A DNA stretch of 62,516 nt, filler included, from Sphacelaria rigidula (lineage: Eukaryota): NCBI GenBank assembly GCA_964200075.2. It is 7 parts of 7 records of this genome, joined end to end, with 100 filler letters (N's around TTAATTAATTAA, not from the genome) between each part and the next. Parts side by side here need not be neighbours in the genome. Positions count along the whole stretch, not along the records: positions 53,673 to 62,516 come from CAXNAA020009957.1; 6 more parts are not named here. The stretch is one strand, 5' to 3'. The first letter of the stretch is position 1. Every line of letters begins with the position of its first letter. The position numbers and the translations under genes are program-made. Shown in pieces: positions 62,421-62,516 of this stretch. The notes beneath the pieces are model-generated. The model had not been told where the DNA came from. It saw only the letters and a program-made list of their open reading frames with translations, and searched no databases.

Positions 62421-62516
62421 GTACAGAGGCGGTCACCACTTAAGAATACCTTATTTTGAGCGAGGCTCAGTTCTTGTTGGCTGCCCCAACCCGAGCACAA
62501 GTTCTTATTCTACATG

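Overview
Repeat-rich eukaryotic nuclear DNA (~50% GC, spliceosomal introns). It is probably a stramenopile such as a brown alga; this is an inference from intron and repeat style, not proven. The window is not contiguous: it holds seven unrelated contigs of 8846, 8846, 8846, 8845, 8845, 8844 and 8844 bp, joined by artificial 100-nt linkers (N44-TTAATTAATTAA-N44). Most sequence is decayed transposable elements: two Copia remnants (one with nested DNA elements whose removal restores the reading frame), a near-full-length chromodomain Gypsy inserted into a related Gypsy, a third decayed Gypsy, tRNA-derived SINEs, Sola-like, piggyBac-like and unclassified MITEs, and minisatellites. One host gene is clearly supported, a spliced Tesmin/TSO1/LIN54-type tandem-CXC gene; there are also partial exons and pseudogenes. 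The best candidate for an unusual system is an intron-containing, frameshifted Y1 HUH endonuclease gene at 52379-53501 (minus strand; motifs NLHVQG and AMVGYCSK) resembling Replitron transposases. Other notable items are a 260-bp fold-back, an OTU-like pseudogene behind a Zn-finger/PYQ-repeat exon, and a Copia gag fragment bracketed by 82-bp direct repeats.
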